Source: a virus. Taken from it: a stretch of 64,000 nucleotides of DNA. This document shows positions 50,126 to 57,946 of the stretch, in pieces; the stretch's first letter is position 1, and each line of letters begins with the position of its first letter. The stretch is taken from positions 7,742 to 71,741 of the IMG/VR virus record IMGVR_UViG_3300044639_001298. One strand, given 5' to 3'. A program made the translations under genes and the position numbers. The notes beneath the pieces are model-generated. The model was not told the origin of the DNA. It saw only the letters and a program-made list of their open reading frames with translations, and ran no database searches.

Positions 50126-50884
50126 CTATATTCCGAAGAAAGGACGAAAAAATTCAGCCCCAAAAGTCACATCAATAGTAACTTTTTCTCCTGACGGGGC
50201 CATAATTGTTTTTAATAAATCTAATTCAGGTTCACACCTTCTTAAAAATTTTCTTAATTCTTTAGAGTCCATTATTGGTAATTGGTTCACAAATTTCGAA
50301 ATCTGTTCTCTATTTGTTTCACCATCAACACTAACAATAGATTTTTCCAATCTTCTTGTTACCACAGGTGCAACCATTTTTTCAGGATATTGCTCCTTCA
50401 TTTTATCGATTTCTCTTTCATCACCTAAATTTAATAAACGTAACTTTACCTTCTTTTTTGTTTTAGGAAGTACGAATTCAAAAAGACCTTCTTCGTTAGG
50501 TTGTATTTCAGACTCTTTTATATTAATGTTATCTAACATAATTGTAGTTTCAAATAAAGAATCAGTTTTAGGGTCTCTAATCTTGAAATCGTATTCACTA
50601 CCAAAAGAAGTGTTTCTTAAAAATATCAAAATAGCCTGAACGTCAACATTAAGTAATTGGTTGATGTCAAATCCAGGTTCATATATTTTATTTTTAAGTA
50701 ATGTATGTATAATACCATCATTTATAATATTTGGGGATGCCAAATAGTTTTCATCCATAGCGGTTAAATAACCAACCTTTAAACTTTCCTTTTTTGGTTT
50801 ATAGAAAACACCTTTAGTTGGTAATGTAACTAAATCGTGTGGTAGATTGAAATCCATCTGTCCGTATTGTGCACTTTGGTCCAT
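50126..50884 (-). CDS. Tail/baseplate hub assembly chaperone (T4 gp26-like)
   Basis: V.LPTKG.FY, LTA.DE..L, L...D..AIL.FLR..SFG..Y, LP.T...V..R.L and G.EFF motifs; located between tube and tape measure genes. Confidence 0.8.
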   Translation of the reverse strand: MDQSAQYGQMDFNLPHDLVTLPTKGVFYKPKKESLKVGYLTAMDENYLASPNIINDGIIHTLLKNKIYEPGFDINQLLNVDVQAILIFLRNTSFGSEYDFKIRDPKTDSLFETTIMLDNINIKESEIQPNEEGLFEFVLPKTKKKVKLRLLNLGDEREIDKMKEQYPEKMVAPVVTRRLEKSIVSVDGETNREQISKFVNQLPIMDSKELRKFLRRCEPELDLLKTIMAPSGEKVTIDVTFGAEFFRPFFGI

Positions 50885-50926
50885 AATTTTTTCTTTAAAA
50901 ATAACTTGACTTTAGTTTATGTAAAT

Positions 50927-50955
50927 AAAAAATCCCACCTAAAATAGATGGGATT
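50927..50955 (-). terminator. Rho-independent terminator after the tail tube gene
   Basis: Minus strand AATCCCATCTA-TTT-TAGGTGGGATT followed by TTTT. Confidence 0.8.
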
Positions 50956-50976
50956 GGATAATATTTTATTTTGTTT

Positions 50977-51465
50977 TTAGTATACTAAGATACATCTATC
51001 AGGTCTTAATGTTGCTTTAACTGTAATTAAACCATCTTCACCGTAACCTAATGAATCAAAGTCAACATTTGTTAAGAATGTTCCTTGTAAAATCCATTTT
51101 TCAACTGCCACACCTGTTGGGTCCAACATTTCAAGGTCAATGTCTTTTTTATAACCCGCAGCATAACCCATACGACCTGTAACTGATTCAGCATGTAAAC
51201 GAACCCATTCCATAAGAGCTTGTGATGCTGAAGGACCGATTGGGTCACGGAATGTAACGTCAATTGAACCCCATTTGAATTGACCTGCAACATATGTTTC
51301 AGTATTCAAGAACGGAATTGGAACTTCTTTAATTTCAATTTTTGGTCTTGAAGCACTTTCAACATACCAAGAGTTAATCCCCAAAGAAGATGGGAAAGTT
51401 ATGATGAACCTGTTTTTTCTTTTTGGTTCATACTGAAAGGGCATTTTCATTAACAAATCAGCCAT
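50977..51465 (-). CDS. Tail tube protein (T4 gp19-like)
   Basis: EPKR.NRF, RP.I, W..I.VTF.D, WVRLHAE..TGR.GY...YKK and EKW.L.G motifs. Confidence 0.9.
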   Translation of the reverse strand: MADLLMKMPFQYEPKRKNRFIITFPSSLGINSWYVESASRPKIEIKEVPIPFLNTETYVAGQFKWGSIDVTFRDPIGPSASQALMEWVRLHAESVTGRMGYAAGYKKDIDLEMLDPTGVAVEKWILQGTFLTNVDFDSLGYGEDGLITVKATLRPDRCILVY

Positions 51466-51573
51466 GTCTATCTATTTTTTTGTTTCTTTTATTTTTATTA
51501 TAAATATATCCAACTAAATTTTTTTCTATTTACTTTGTTATTTTTAAAAATTATCGTTGCATTATAAGTATTT

Positions 51574-52443
51574 CTAGATTTCCTTTTTTTCTCCTCCTTT
51601 AGTTAAATAAGTTTTTACTAGTTTTTCAGTATCTTCATCATCTAAAAATTCTTTCATCTTATCTATATTTCTAGGGTCATCATCAGAAAAACCAATAATA
51701 GGTAGTATTTCATTATTTTCTACATCATTTTTGAAGAATGCCTTTTCACCTATTTCTTGAGCCATATCTTTACAATAAGAAATAAACTCCCTCATCGCTT
51801 TGATTTTCCCCTCTTCAGGATTAGTTGCAGACCCCTCACCGAAAGACACGGGATAAAATCTACAAAGGTCCAAATACTCACGTAATTCTTTTGGTGTTAA
51901 TGCTTTTGACTTATTTTCACCAGTGACTTCATTACCGATATTTCTATATCTATAAAGGTTTTCGGCTAATGTTCTACTATTAAGACCATTCTTATTAGCC
52001 ATTATTAAATTATACACACCCTCTTTTAAGGTATTTGGATTGTGTCCTCTTGCCGTGATGATTGAAAAAATGGAACCACCATTAATACACTCAACAAAAT
52101 CATTCCAAGATGGACCGACAGATGCAACCATAGCATCTAATACAAATCTCTTATCACCTTTAACTCCAAAATTTCTAAATGGGTCTGGTGCAAAATCTAC
52201 AACAGTTGTACCTTTATAACTAAATGGTTCTTTACCGATTTGGTGTCTGTGTTCAGCAAAGTCTTCTGTGGACATCGGAACCTCTTCGTCGTTTTCACTT
52301 AAAACAATAATTGACGTAGGCATAAACATTATATTATCATCCCAATCAAAAGCATAATACTTTGTATCGGGATTACCTTCTTCCGTAAAACCTTCGTTAA
52401 GTTTGTTTTTTACAAAATCCCTTACGTATTTATTAATATTCAT
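51574..52443 (-). CDS. HAD-superfamily hydrolase
   Basis: Motif I FDWDDNI, motif II IITARG, motif III K and motif IV GFSDDD. Confidence 0.75.
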   Translation of the reverse strand: MNINKYVRDFVKNKLNEGFTEEGNPDTKYYAFDWDDNIMFMPTSIIVLSENDEEVPMSTEDFAEHRHQIGKEPFSYKGTTVVDFAPDPFRNFGVKGDKRFVLDAMVASVGPSWNDFVECINGGSIFSIITARGHNPNTLKEGVYNLIMANKNGLNSRTLAENLYRYRNIGNEVTGENKSKALTPKELREYLDLCRFYPVSFGEGSATNPEEGKIKAMREFISYCKDMAQEIGEKAFFKNDVENNEILPIIGFSDDDPRNIDKMKEFLDDEDTEKLVKTYLTKGGEKKEI

Positions 52444-52580
52444 TATTTTTTAAGTTTTTCTAAAAGTTTTTCTAATTGTGCTTCGGTGATAATGATATTT
52501 TGTTTCTTATCTGCGAAAGTTTGTTTTCCTTTAGTATTATAACCTAAAGATTCTTTGATTAATTTTTTTTCTATTTTCAT
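52443..52580 (-). CDS. 45-aa basic protein; absent from the ORF track
   Basis: MKIEKKLIKESLGYNTKGKQTFADKKQNIIITEAQLEKLLEKLKK; its stop overlaps the HAD start (TAATG). Confidence 0.7.
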   Translation of the reverse strand: MKIEKKLIKESLGYNTKGKQTFADKKQNIIITEAQLEKLLEKLKK

Positions 52581-52603
52581 AGTGTTATGTGTTAAATAAT
52601 TTA

Positions 52604-52625
52604 TGGGGGATATTTCTACCCCCCA
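52604..52625 (-). terminator. GAAA-tetraloop hairpin after the sheath gene (weak terminator or stabilising hairpin)
   Basis: TGGGGGGTA-GAAA-TATCCCCCA with a poor U tract. Confidence 0.55.
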
Positions 52626-52639
52626 CTTATTTTATTTTT

Positions 52640-55600
52640 TTAGATATTGTCAAAAGACGCTCCTGTTGGTGTAATGACAAACTCGATGTCGATGTATTCT
52701 AACGCTCTTGTCGGTTTCAAGAAGATTTTACCTGTTAATGTATTTGAATCTAAATCTTCAGGTGTGTTAGATACTTGAACTCTAAAGTCAATCAAACCTC
52801 TATCTCTTCTAATTTGGTCTAAGATTGGGTTAACTGAATCCAAGAAATCTTGTCTTACTTTGTTATCATTTTGTTCGAACAATAATCTTACAGCCACCGC
52901 TGAAATCAATTTACGAGCTTGTAGTAACAATCTTCTTACGTTGATTCTGTCAAGTGCAGATTCTCTGATTTGAAGAGTTTTGTTACCCCAAATTACCGTA
53001 CCTACATCAGAGAAAGTTGCAATTGGGTTGATTCTACCTTTATATAAAGTATCTCTATCGTCTTGTGTTAACTTACGTCTTGCTCTAATAGCATTTACTA
53101 AACCTCTTGTGTAACCCGCTGAAGCGAACCAAGGGAATGCGATGTTATCAGTCAAAGCTAAGTTTCTTACAACCTCAGAAGTTGCAGGAATATAGATTTG
53201 AGTATTATTAACCGTATCTCTTGTTAAAATCCAAGGGTAGTAAGTTGCGGTATAGTTTGAATCAATACCAGTACCCTCTAAATTATCTACCGCCTCTTGT
53301 GGGTAAATTAATCCTTCAGTAATGTCTTGATAAGTTGGTAAGAACATATTGAAGTCAGGTGTTGTAGTAATGTAGATTGAATCTGCTCTATCTGTTTCAA
53401 TCATATCAATTGCATCTTCCACTAAGTTTGAGTTATTTACATAATCAATACCTGGTGTAGCGAACACATTGATGTTTGTTGATTCGGGGTTAGCAAATGT
53501 TGTTTGACCCCATTTGTATGCGTAGTAGTCAGTATTAGCCCAACTTTCTTGGTTAGGTCCTGAAATTGCTTTAAATGCTCCCCATCCTGATGCTGTAGGA
53601 TATGTTACCGAACTTGCAGCACCATATTTGAATGCTGTTTGACCTAAAGCATATGAGTCACTATTCGTTCTATATTCTCTATAGATATCCCAACCATCAA
53701 AACCACCGTAAGCTAATAATGTAAACTTACGAGTATTCAATCTGTAGTATGGGTTATTTGTATCAGTTGGTTCTGAATTAAATGAACCAACACCTACTTC
53801 AAATGCCGATTGACCTGATGTGGCATAAGCGTTTGTTATAGTAACAACTGTTGCTCCACTATCCATGTGGAAACCTTTAGTTAAATAACCCCAAGCCGCA
53901 CCTGTTGTGTCTGTTGCTAAACTTGCTGGAAGTTGTTTTCCTTTATATTGGAAGAAATCGTAGTCAAAACCTGTAATATTAGAAATACCTAAGTAAGCTC
54001 TTCTTGGGTTTTCACCACTTGAGATTACAGGATTATCTCCACCATTAGTTGAGCCGAAAGGTGGGTTGTAAATTGTTTCTCCCGCTGTGTAGTATTTTGT
54101 TTTATAAGGTACAAATGGAGGAGTTGCATTTGCATATTCTCTTGAGATGTAACCCTCGAATCCACAAGGTAGTGCGTTTGTTGGTGCTTCATCACTCATC
54201 TCCAACATAACATACTTAGACTTAACTTGGTATTCACCATTAGATGTACCGATTTTGTTTGCTATGTAGTTGTTTTGGGTTGGGTCTAATGAACAGTTTG
54301 TGAAACTTTCAAGTACTCTTACGTTTTGGTCGTTATCAAAGAAGTCTCTTACAAATACATCGAATGTTCCATTGTTGAATGAAATATTACCAATAGACAA
54401 CTTAACGTATGTATTAGCTGAGTTACCGTCAGAGATTAGAACAAACTTAAATAATTTGAAAACTTTATTACCTCTTAGTTCAGAAACAACAAATGGTGTT
54501 TCAGGTGTTTGGTATTGTTCTAAATAGAATCCAAGACTATCTGAATTACCTGACCTTGCTCCTGGTAGACTTACCAAATTACAATATAAACCTCTAATTT
54601 GTCCTGCTCTATATCCTGTTTGAAGTAATGCTGGATATGTTTCTTCAACAAATAAAGGTACTTCAGTTCTTGATTTACCAAAGTTAGATGCTCCAAATAC
54701 ATTTCTCAAATAATTTTTATCGGTACTTAACATTGAAGTTTCAAATGTGAAATTATCATTATCGTAAGTTTTACCTGAGATTTGGAATATTGCGTAAGGG
54801 TCTTCAGTTACCGCTGAATAAGAACCTGTACATATCATCTTAACATCAGATGTACCTGAAACTTCATAGAAAGGTCCCGCATTTGTTGATGTATATGTAG
54901 ATATACCTCTTGACCTTAATGTTGCAACTACCATATCATCATATGTTGTGTATGGTAATGCCGAGTATGTTGTTGTATAGAATGCAACAGTACCTGAGAA
55001 CACACCTGAAGTAGGTGTTGTTGAAATACCTGAAAGTGCCGCTCCCATACCTTGACCATAGTAAGAATTAATTGTACCTGGTTGGTAATTAAATAAAGCG
55101 TAATACCAAGGGTCGTTAGTTGTTTGAGCGCTTAGTGAAGCTGCGGTCGCACCTGTCAATACACCCACACCAAAATTTTCAGTCCATGCTGAAATTGAAC
55201 CTGTACCATTAAGTGTTACACCTGTTGTACTGTTAAATGTAGATGCACTTACCGTACCCCAAAATATTGCACTTGAACCTGAAGTCGATGCACTTGTTGA
55301 GTAAAGTGAAATTTGATTAGAAATGTATGTTTGTAAATCACCACCAATTGTAGATGTTCCACCGTTAAATTCAGTGTATGGTGTGTAGAAATTACCGCTT
55401 GCATTTAACGAAGCAGGTACCGATGTTAATGTTACGGTGCCACCTGTACTACCTGTAAATGTTACACCAACTGCCGTAGTTATACCCGTAGCCGTAATTG
55501 TTGCTGAATTTACATTACCAATTGTTACAATAGACCAAGATGGTCCAGCGTCGTAACCTGAAAGACCAAGTACTCTTGTAACAAAAAGTTGATTAGATTG

Positions 55601-55858
55601 TGATAGGTATGATTTTGCAATGTAAGCCAATTCATATTTTGGTATTTGTGTGTTTACAAATTTTTCAGGGCTAGTACCTCCGAAATATGTTTGGAATTCG
55701 TCAAAGTTTGTGATGAAAATAGGTTCGAAAGCTGGTCCCTGAAGAGTTTCACCAACCACTCCTAATGTAGTTACACCAACACTTTGTGCAACAAATGTTA
55801 AGTCTCTTTCTGATGTATACACACCCGGAGAAACAAAAACCTTATTAGATGATGCCAT
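52640..55858 (-). CDS. Contractile tail sheath protein with large Ser/Thr/Gly-rich insertion
   Basis: SPGVY..E.D, FATPG, YYPW, PWFASAG..RG, LY..RINPI, WGNKTLQ, LDRINVRRLL, FEQND and KPTRALE.I motifs. Confidence 0.95.
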   Translation of the reverse strand: MASSNKVFVSPGVYTSERDLTFVAQSVGVTTLGVVGETLQGPAFEPIFITNFDEFQTYFGGTSPEKFVNTQIPKYELAYIAKSYLSQSNQLFVTRVLGLSGYDAGPSWSIVTIGNVNSATITATGITTAVGVTFTGSTGGTVTLTSVPASLNASGNFYTPYTEFNGGTSTIGGDLQTYISNQISLYSTSASTSGSSAIFWGTVSASTFNSTTGVTLNGTGSISAWTENFGVGVLTGATAASLSAQTTNDPWYYALFNYQPGTINSYYGQGMGAALSGISTTPTSGVFSGTVAFYTTTYSALPYTTYDDMVVATLRSRGISTYTSTNAGPFYEVSGTSDVKMICTGSYSAVTEDPYAIFQISGKTYDNDNFTFETSMLSTDKNYLRNVFGASNFGKSRTEVPLFVEETYPALLQTGYRAGQIRGLYCNLVSLPGARSGNSDSLGFYLEQYQTPETPFVVSELRGNKVFKLFKFVLISDGNSANTYVKLSIGNISFNNGTFDVFVRDFFDNDQNVRVLESFTNCSLDPTQNNYIANKIGTSNGEYQVKSKYVMLEMSDEAPTNALPCGFEGYISREYANATPPFVPYKTKYYTAGETIYNPPFGSTNGGDNPVISSGENPRRAYLGISNITGFDYDFFQYKGKQLPASLATDTTGAAWGYLTKGFHMDSGATVVTITNAYATSGQSAFEVGVGSFNSEPTDTNNPYYRLNTRKFTLLAYGGFDGWDIYREYRTNSDSYALGQTAFKYGAASSVTYPTASGWGAFKAISGPNQESWANTDYYAYKWGQTTFANPESTNINVFATPGIDYVNNSNLVEDAIDMIETDRADSIYITTTPDFNMFLPTYQDITEGLIYPQEAVDNLEGTGIDSNYTATYYPWILTRDTVNNTQIYIPATSEVVRNLALTDNIAFPWFASAGYTRGLVNAIRARRKLTQDDRDTLYKGRINPIATFSDVGTVIWGNKTLQIRESALDRINVRRLLLQARKLISAVAVRLLFEQNDNKVRQDFLDSVNPILDQIRRDRGLIDFRVQVSNTPEDLDSNTLTGKIFLKPTRALEYIDIEFVITPTGASFDNI

Positions 55859-55893
55859 GTTAATAAAAATGTTTTTAGAATTTATTTTTTATA

Positions 55894-55901
55894 TATAAAT
55901 A
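55894..55901 (-). promoter_or_regulatory. TATTTATA motif upstream of the sheath gene (representative of a window-wide, probably late, promoter motif)
   Basis: The same motif precedes about 16 genes on their coding strand. Confidence 0.65.
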
Positions 55902-55982
55902 CATCACCAAATAACAAAAAACTTTACCCTAGTATAATATTTATCAAAGAGTAAGAATAAATTCTGCCTTTTTTCTACCATT

Positions 55983-56144
55983 ATGAAAAACCAAGAAAAA
56001 AAAATAAAAAACTTAAAAATAAAACCTGAAGTACATACTATCTTAAAGGAGTATTGTGATAAAAATGGTTTGAAGATGTATAAGTTTTTAGAAAAACTAA
56101 TTACCGATAATTGTAAAGAGGTTAAAGATATATACGGAGAGTAA
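55983..56144 (+). CDS. Ribbon-helix-helix-like small DNA-binding protein; absent from the ORF track
   Basis: MKNQEKKIKNLKIKPEVHTILKEYCDKNGLKMYKFLEKLITDNCKEVKDIYGE: beta strand KNLKI, helix, G turn, helix; TATTTATC at 55938-55945. Confidence 0.7.
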   Translation: MKNQEKKIKNLKIKPEVHTILKEYCDKNGLKMYKFLEKLITDNCKEVKDIYGE

Positions 56145-57374
56145 TTACACTAAGTATGCTACCGTTTTAATAACCGATTGTTTTGTATTGTCATCTTTGT
56201 AGACGGTAATAGATAAAGTATCACCATCATTTATTTGTATGGTTTCTAAATCATCCCCAACGTAATTATTATTAATAAATACTGAATAGCCGGAAGCACA
56301 AGACGTAGTGGTGTTGTAGGTTGCTCCTGTTATGTTTGAAAATGATGGTAGAGTTCCACCTTTAACACATATTGTACTCGTATTACCACTTGTAAGTGCA
56401 GAAGTTACTATATTCCCAGAACAATTAGTATAAGATAAGTTTGTATTTGTTTTTGCTGTATAAGTTGCATTATAACAACTAATTAAATTTTCTATTTCAG
56501 TAACTTTTAAATCTACCGAATACCTAAAAACTTCAGATAATTGTGTATTACCACTTACAAATAACAAATCTAAATCAAAGTTGTTAGGTCTTGGTGGTTC
56601 TATTTTGGTCTTTCTTGTTTTTACTCTTTCATCAGTTTCAAATAAAGATACTTGTCTTGATATCGCGGGGGAAACTTTGAATTCTGCTTCATCAATTAAA
56701 AGACCTTTTAGTATTAACGTATAACTTGCAATATAATATTTTCTTTTTTGTAAATCTTTAGCCGATTCATCTGATACCGTCTCCATTATTATTGGCATGT
56801 AGTGACCTTTAATTTGAGTGTACGCTTGTTTTGACGTGAACTTTTGCATAATAATTTTGTTAAACTCATTAAGTTCACGCATCCTGTTACAAAACAATTT
56901 AATATTATATGTAATATCAACAGGAATTGGTTGGGGTATTGTGTAAACATCCGCACCTTTTCGTTGTCCGTCCCATGTTGGTACAGTATAGTAAAAGAAT
57001 TGTCTTCTGTTTGGTATATTCGCAGCTCCTCCTTGAAATGTTCCGTATTTAACTTCAGGAGTTCTTACTGTCGCAATAAATGGTAATGAAATGTTTTTAT
57101 CTAAATCTTGGAAGTTCCATGTTTCAGTAAATTGTGACCAGTTTTGATTAGTTATGATTTTATCAACTGTCGGTACTAACTTTTCACCAACGACTAATTT
57201 CAAATCTTCTTTTACAAAATCTAAGATACCCAAATCTAAATCGGCATGTAAAACACCTTTAGGTAGAAAAGTACCATAATCAATAATATCATCTAACATT
57301 TGTTGTCTTCTTTCTTGACCAACTTTTTCAGGTGTTAGTGGTAAATGTTTTTTTACTTTACTTGGTAATGCCAT
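56145..57374 (-). CDS. Tail terminator / sheath stabiliser (T4 gp15-like) with C-terminal extension
   Basis: W..F..., LP.I...R, P.P.PVDITY.I.L, N.....F motifs; adjacent to the gp14-like and sheath genes. Confidence 0.65.
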   Translation of the reverse strand: MALPSKVKKHLPLTPEKVGQERRQQMLDDIIDYGTFLPKGVLHADLDLGILDFVKEDLKLVVGEKLVPTVDKIITNQNWSQFTETWNFQDLDKNISLPFIATVRTPEVKYGTFQGGAANIPNRRQFFYYTVPTWDGQRKGADVYTIPQPIPVDITYNIKLFCNRMRELNEFNKIIMQKFTSKQAYTQIKGHYMPIIMETVSDESAKDLQKRKYYIASYTLILKGLLIDEAEFKVSPAISRQVSLFETDERVKTRKTKIEPPRPNNFDLDLLFVSGNTQLSEVFRYSVDLKVTEIENLISCYNATYTAKTNTNLSYTNCSGNIVTSALTSGNTSTICVKGGTLPSFSNITGATYNTTTSCASGYSVFINNNYVGDDLETIQINDGDTLSITVYKDDNTKQSVIKTVAYLV

Positions 57375-57375
57375 T

Positions 57376-57891
57376 TTATATTCCTCTAAATTCGTTATCG
57401 GTTACTGGTGCCGCAATAACAGAACGGTAGAAAGCCTTGTAACCACCGTATGTATGTTTGTTATCAGAAAATACACGACCGTCATCTACAACACTATAAT
57501 ATCTAACTCTTGTTTCGTCTTCGTAATACCCAATATAATCACCATAGTTTATATCAATACCTAATTCCTCTAATTGTTTTTGATAAACGCCAACTTTCAA
57601 ATTACCTGGTTCTGTTTGTGATAATTTAGCGGAACCATAATCAACATTAGAAGGAGCTTCAATTTGTACATATCCCTTGAATTCAACGGGAGGTAAAAAC
57701 TGTATTCCATCTTCTAAGGTCTCACCGTACACATCATCACTAATAGTTCTTTGTCTATCAATACGGTATAAAACAAGGGTAAAATTCATATCCCCACCTA
57801 ACCATTCATCACCCATAGAAATATCTAAGTTAAAGTCTTCTTCAGAAAAAAACTTATTTAGTCTGGTTATCGGAACTCTATTATCTGCCAT
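57376..57891 (-). CDS. Neck / head closure protein (T4 gp14-like)
   Basis: LYRID.....DDVYGE......F.PPVE and L...GI.I..GD.I motifs. Confidence 0.7.
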   Translation of the reverse strand: MADNRVPITRLNKFFSEEDFNLDISMGDEWLGGDMNFTLVLYRIDRQRTISDDVYGETLEDGIQFLPPVEFKGYVQIEAPSNVDYGSAKLSQTEPGNLKVGVYQKQLEELGIDINYGDYIGYYEDETRVRYYSVVDDGRVFSDNKHTYGGYKAFYRSVIAAPVTDNEFRGI

Positions 57892-57908
57892 ACCTATAAA
57901 TACTTTAA

Positions 57909-57938
57909 TTGATTTTTTATGGATGTTTATTATATTTT
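57909..57938 (+). promoter_or_regulatory. Probable host-type promoter for the SNF2 helicase
   Basis: TTG-19 nt-TATATTTT, same spacing as the 33688-33718 promoter with a mismatch in each element. Confidence 0.45.
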
Positions 57939-57946
57939 ATTATATC

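Noticed and set aside
50091-50639. 182-aa plus-strand ORF
   Set aside because: Almost entirely antisense to the chaperone gene, non-ATG start and no recognisable motifs
51525-51560. Possible plus-strand antisense promoter (TTTAC-N18-TATCGTTG) facing the HAD gene
   Set aside because: Mismatched in both elements, in very AT-rich DNA, with no downstream ORF; cannot be told from chance
57677-57946. 90-aa N-terminal extension of the SNF2 helicase in the ORF track
   Set aside because: Overlaps the gp14-like gene on the opposite strand; a promoter-like element and the ATG at 57947 fit better
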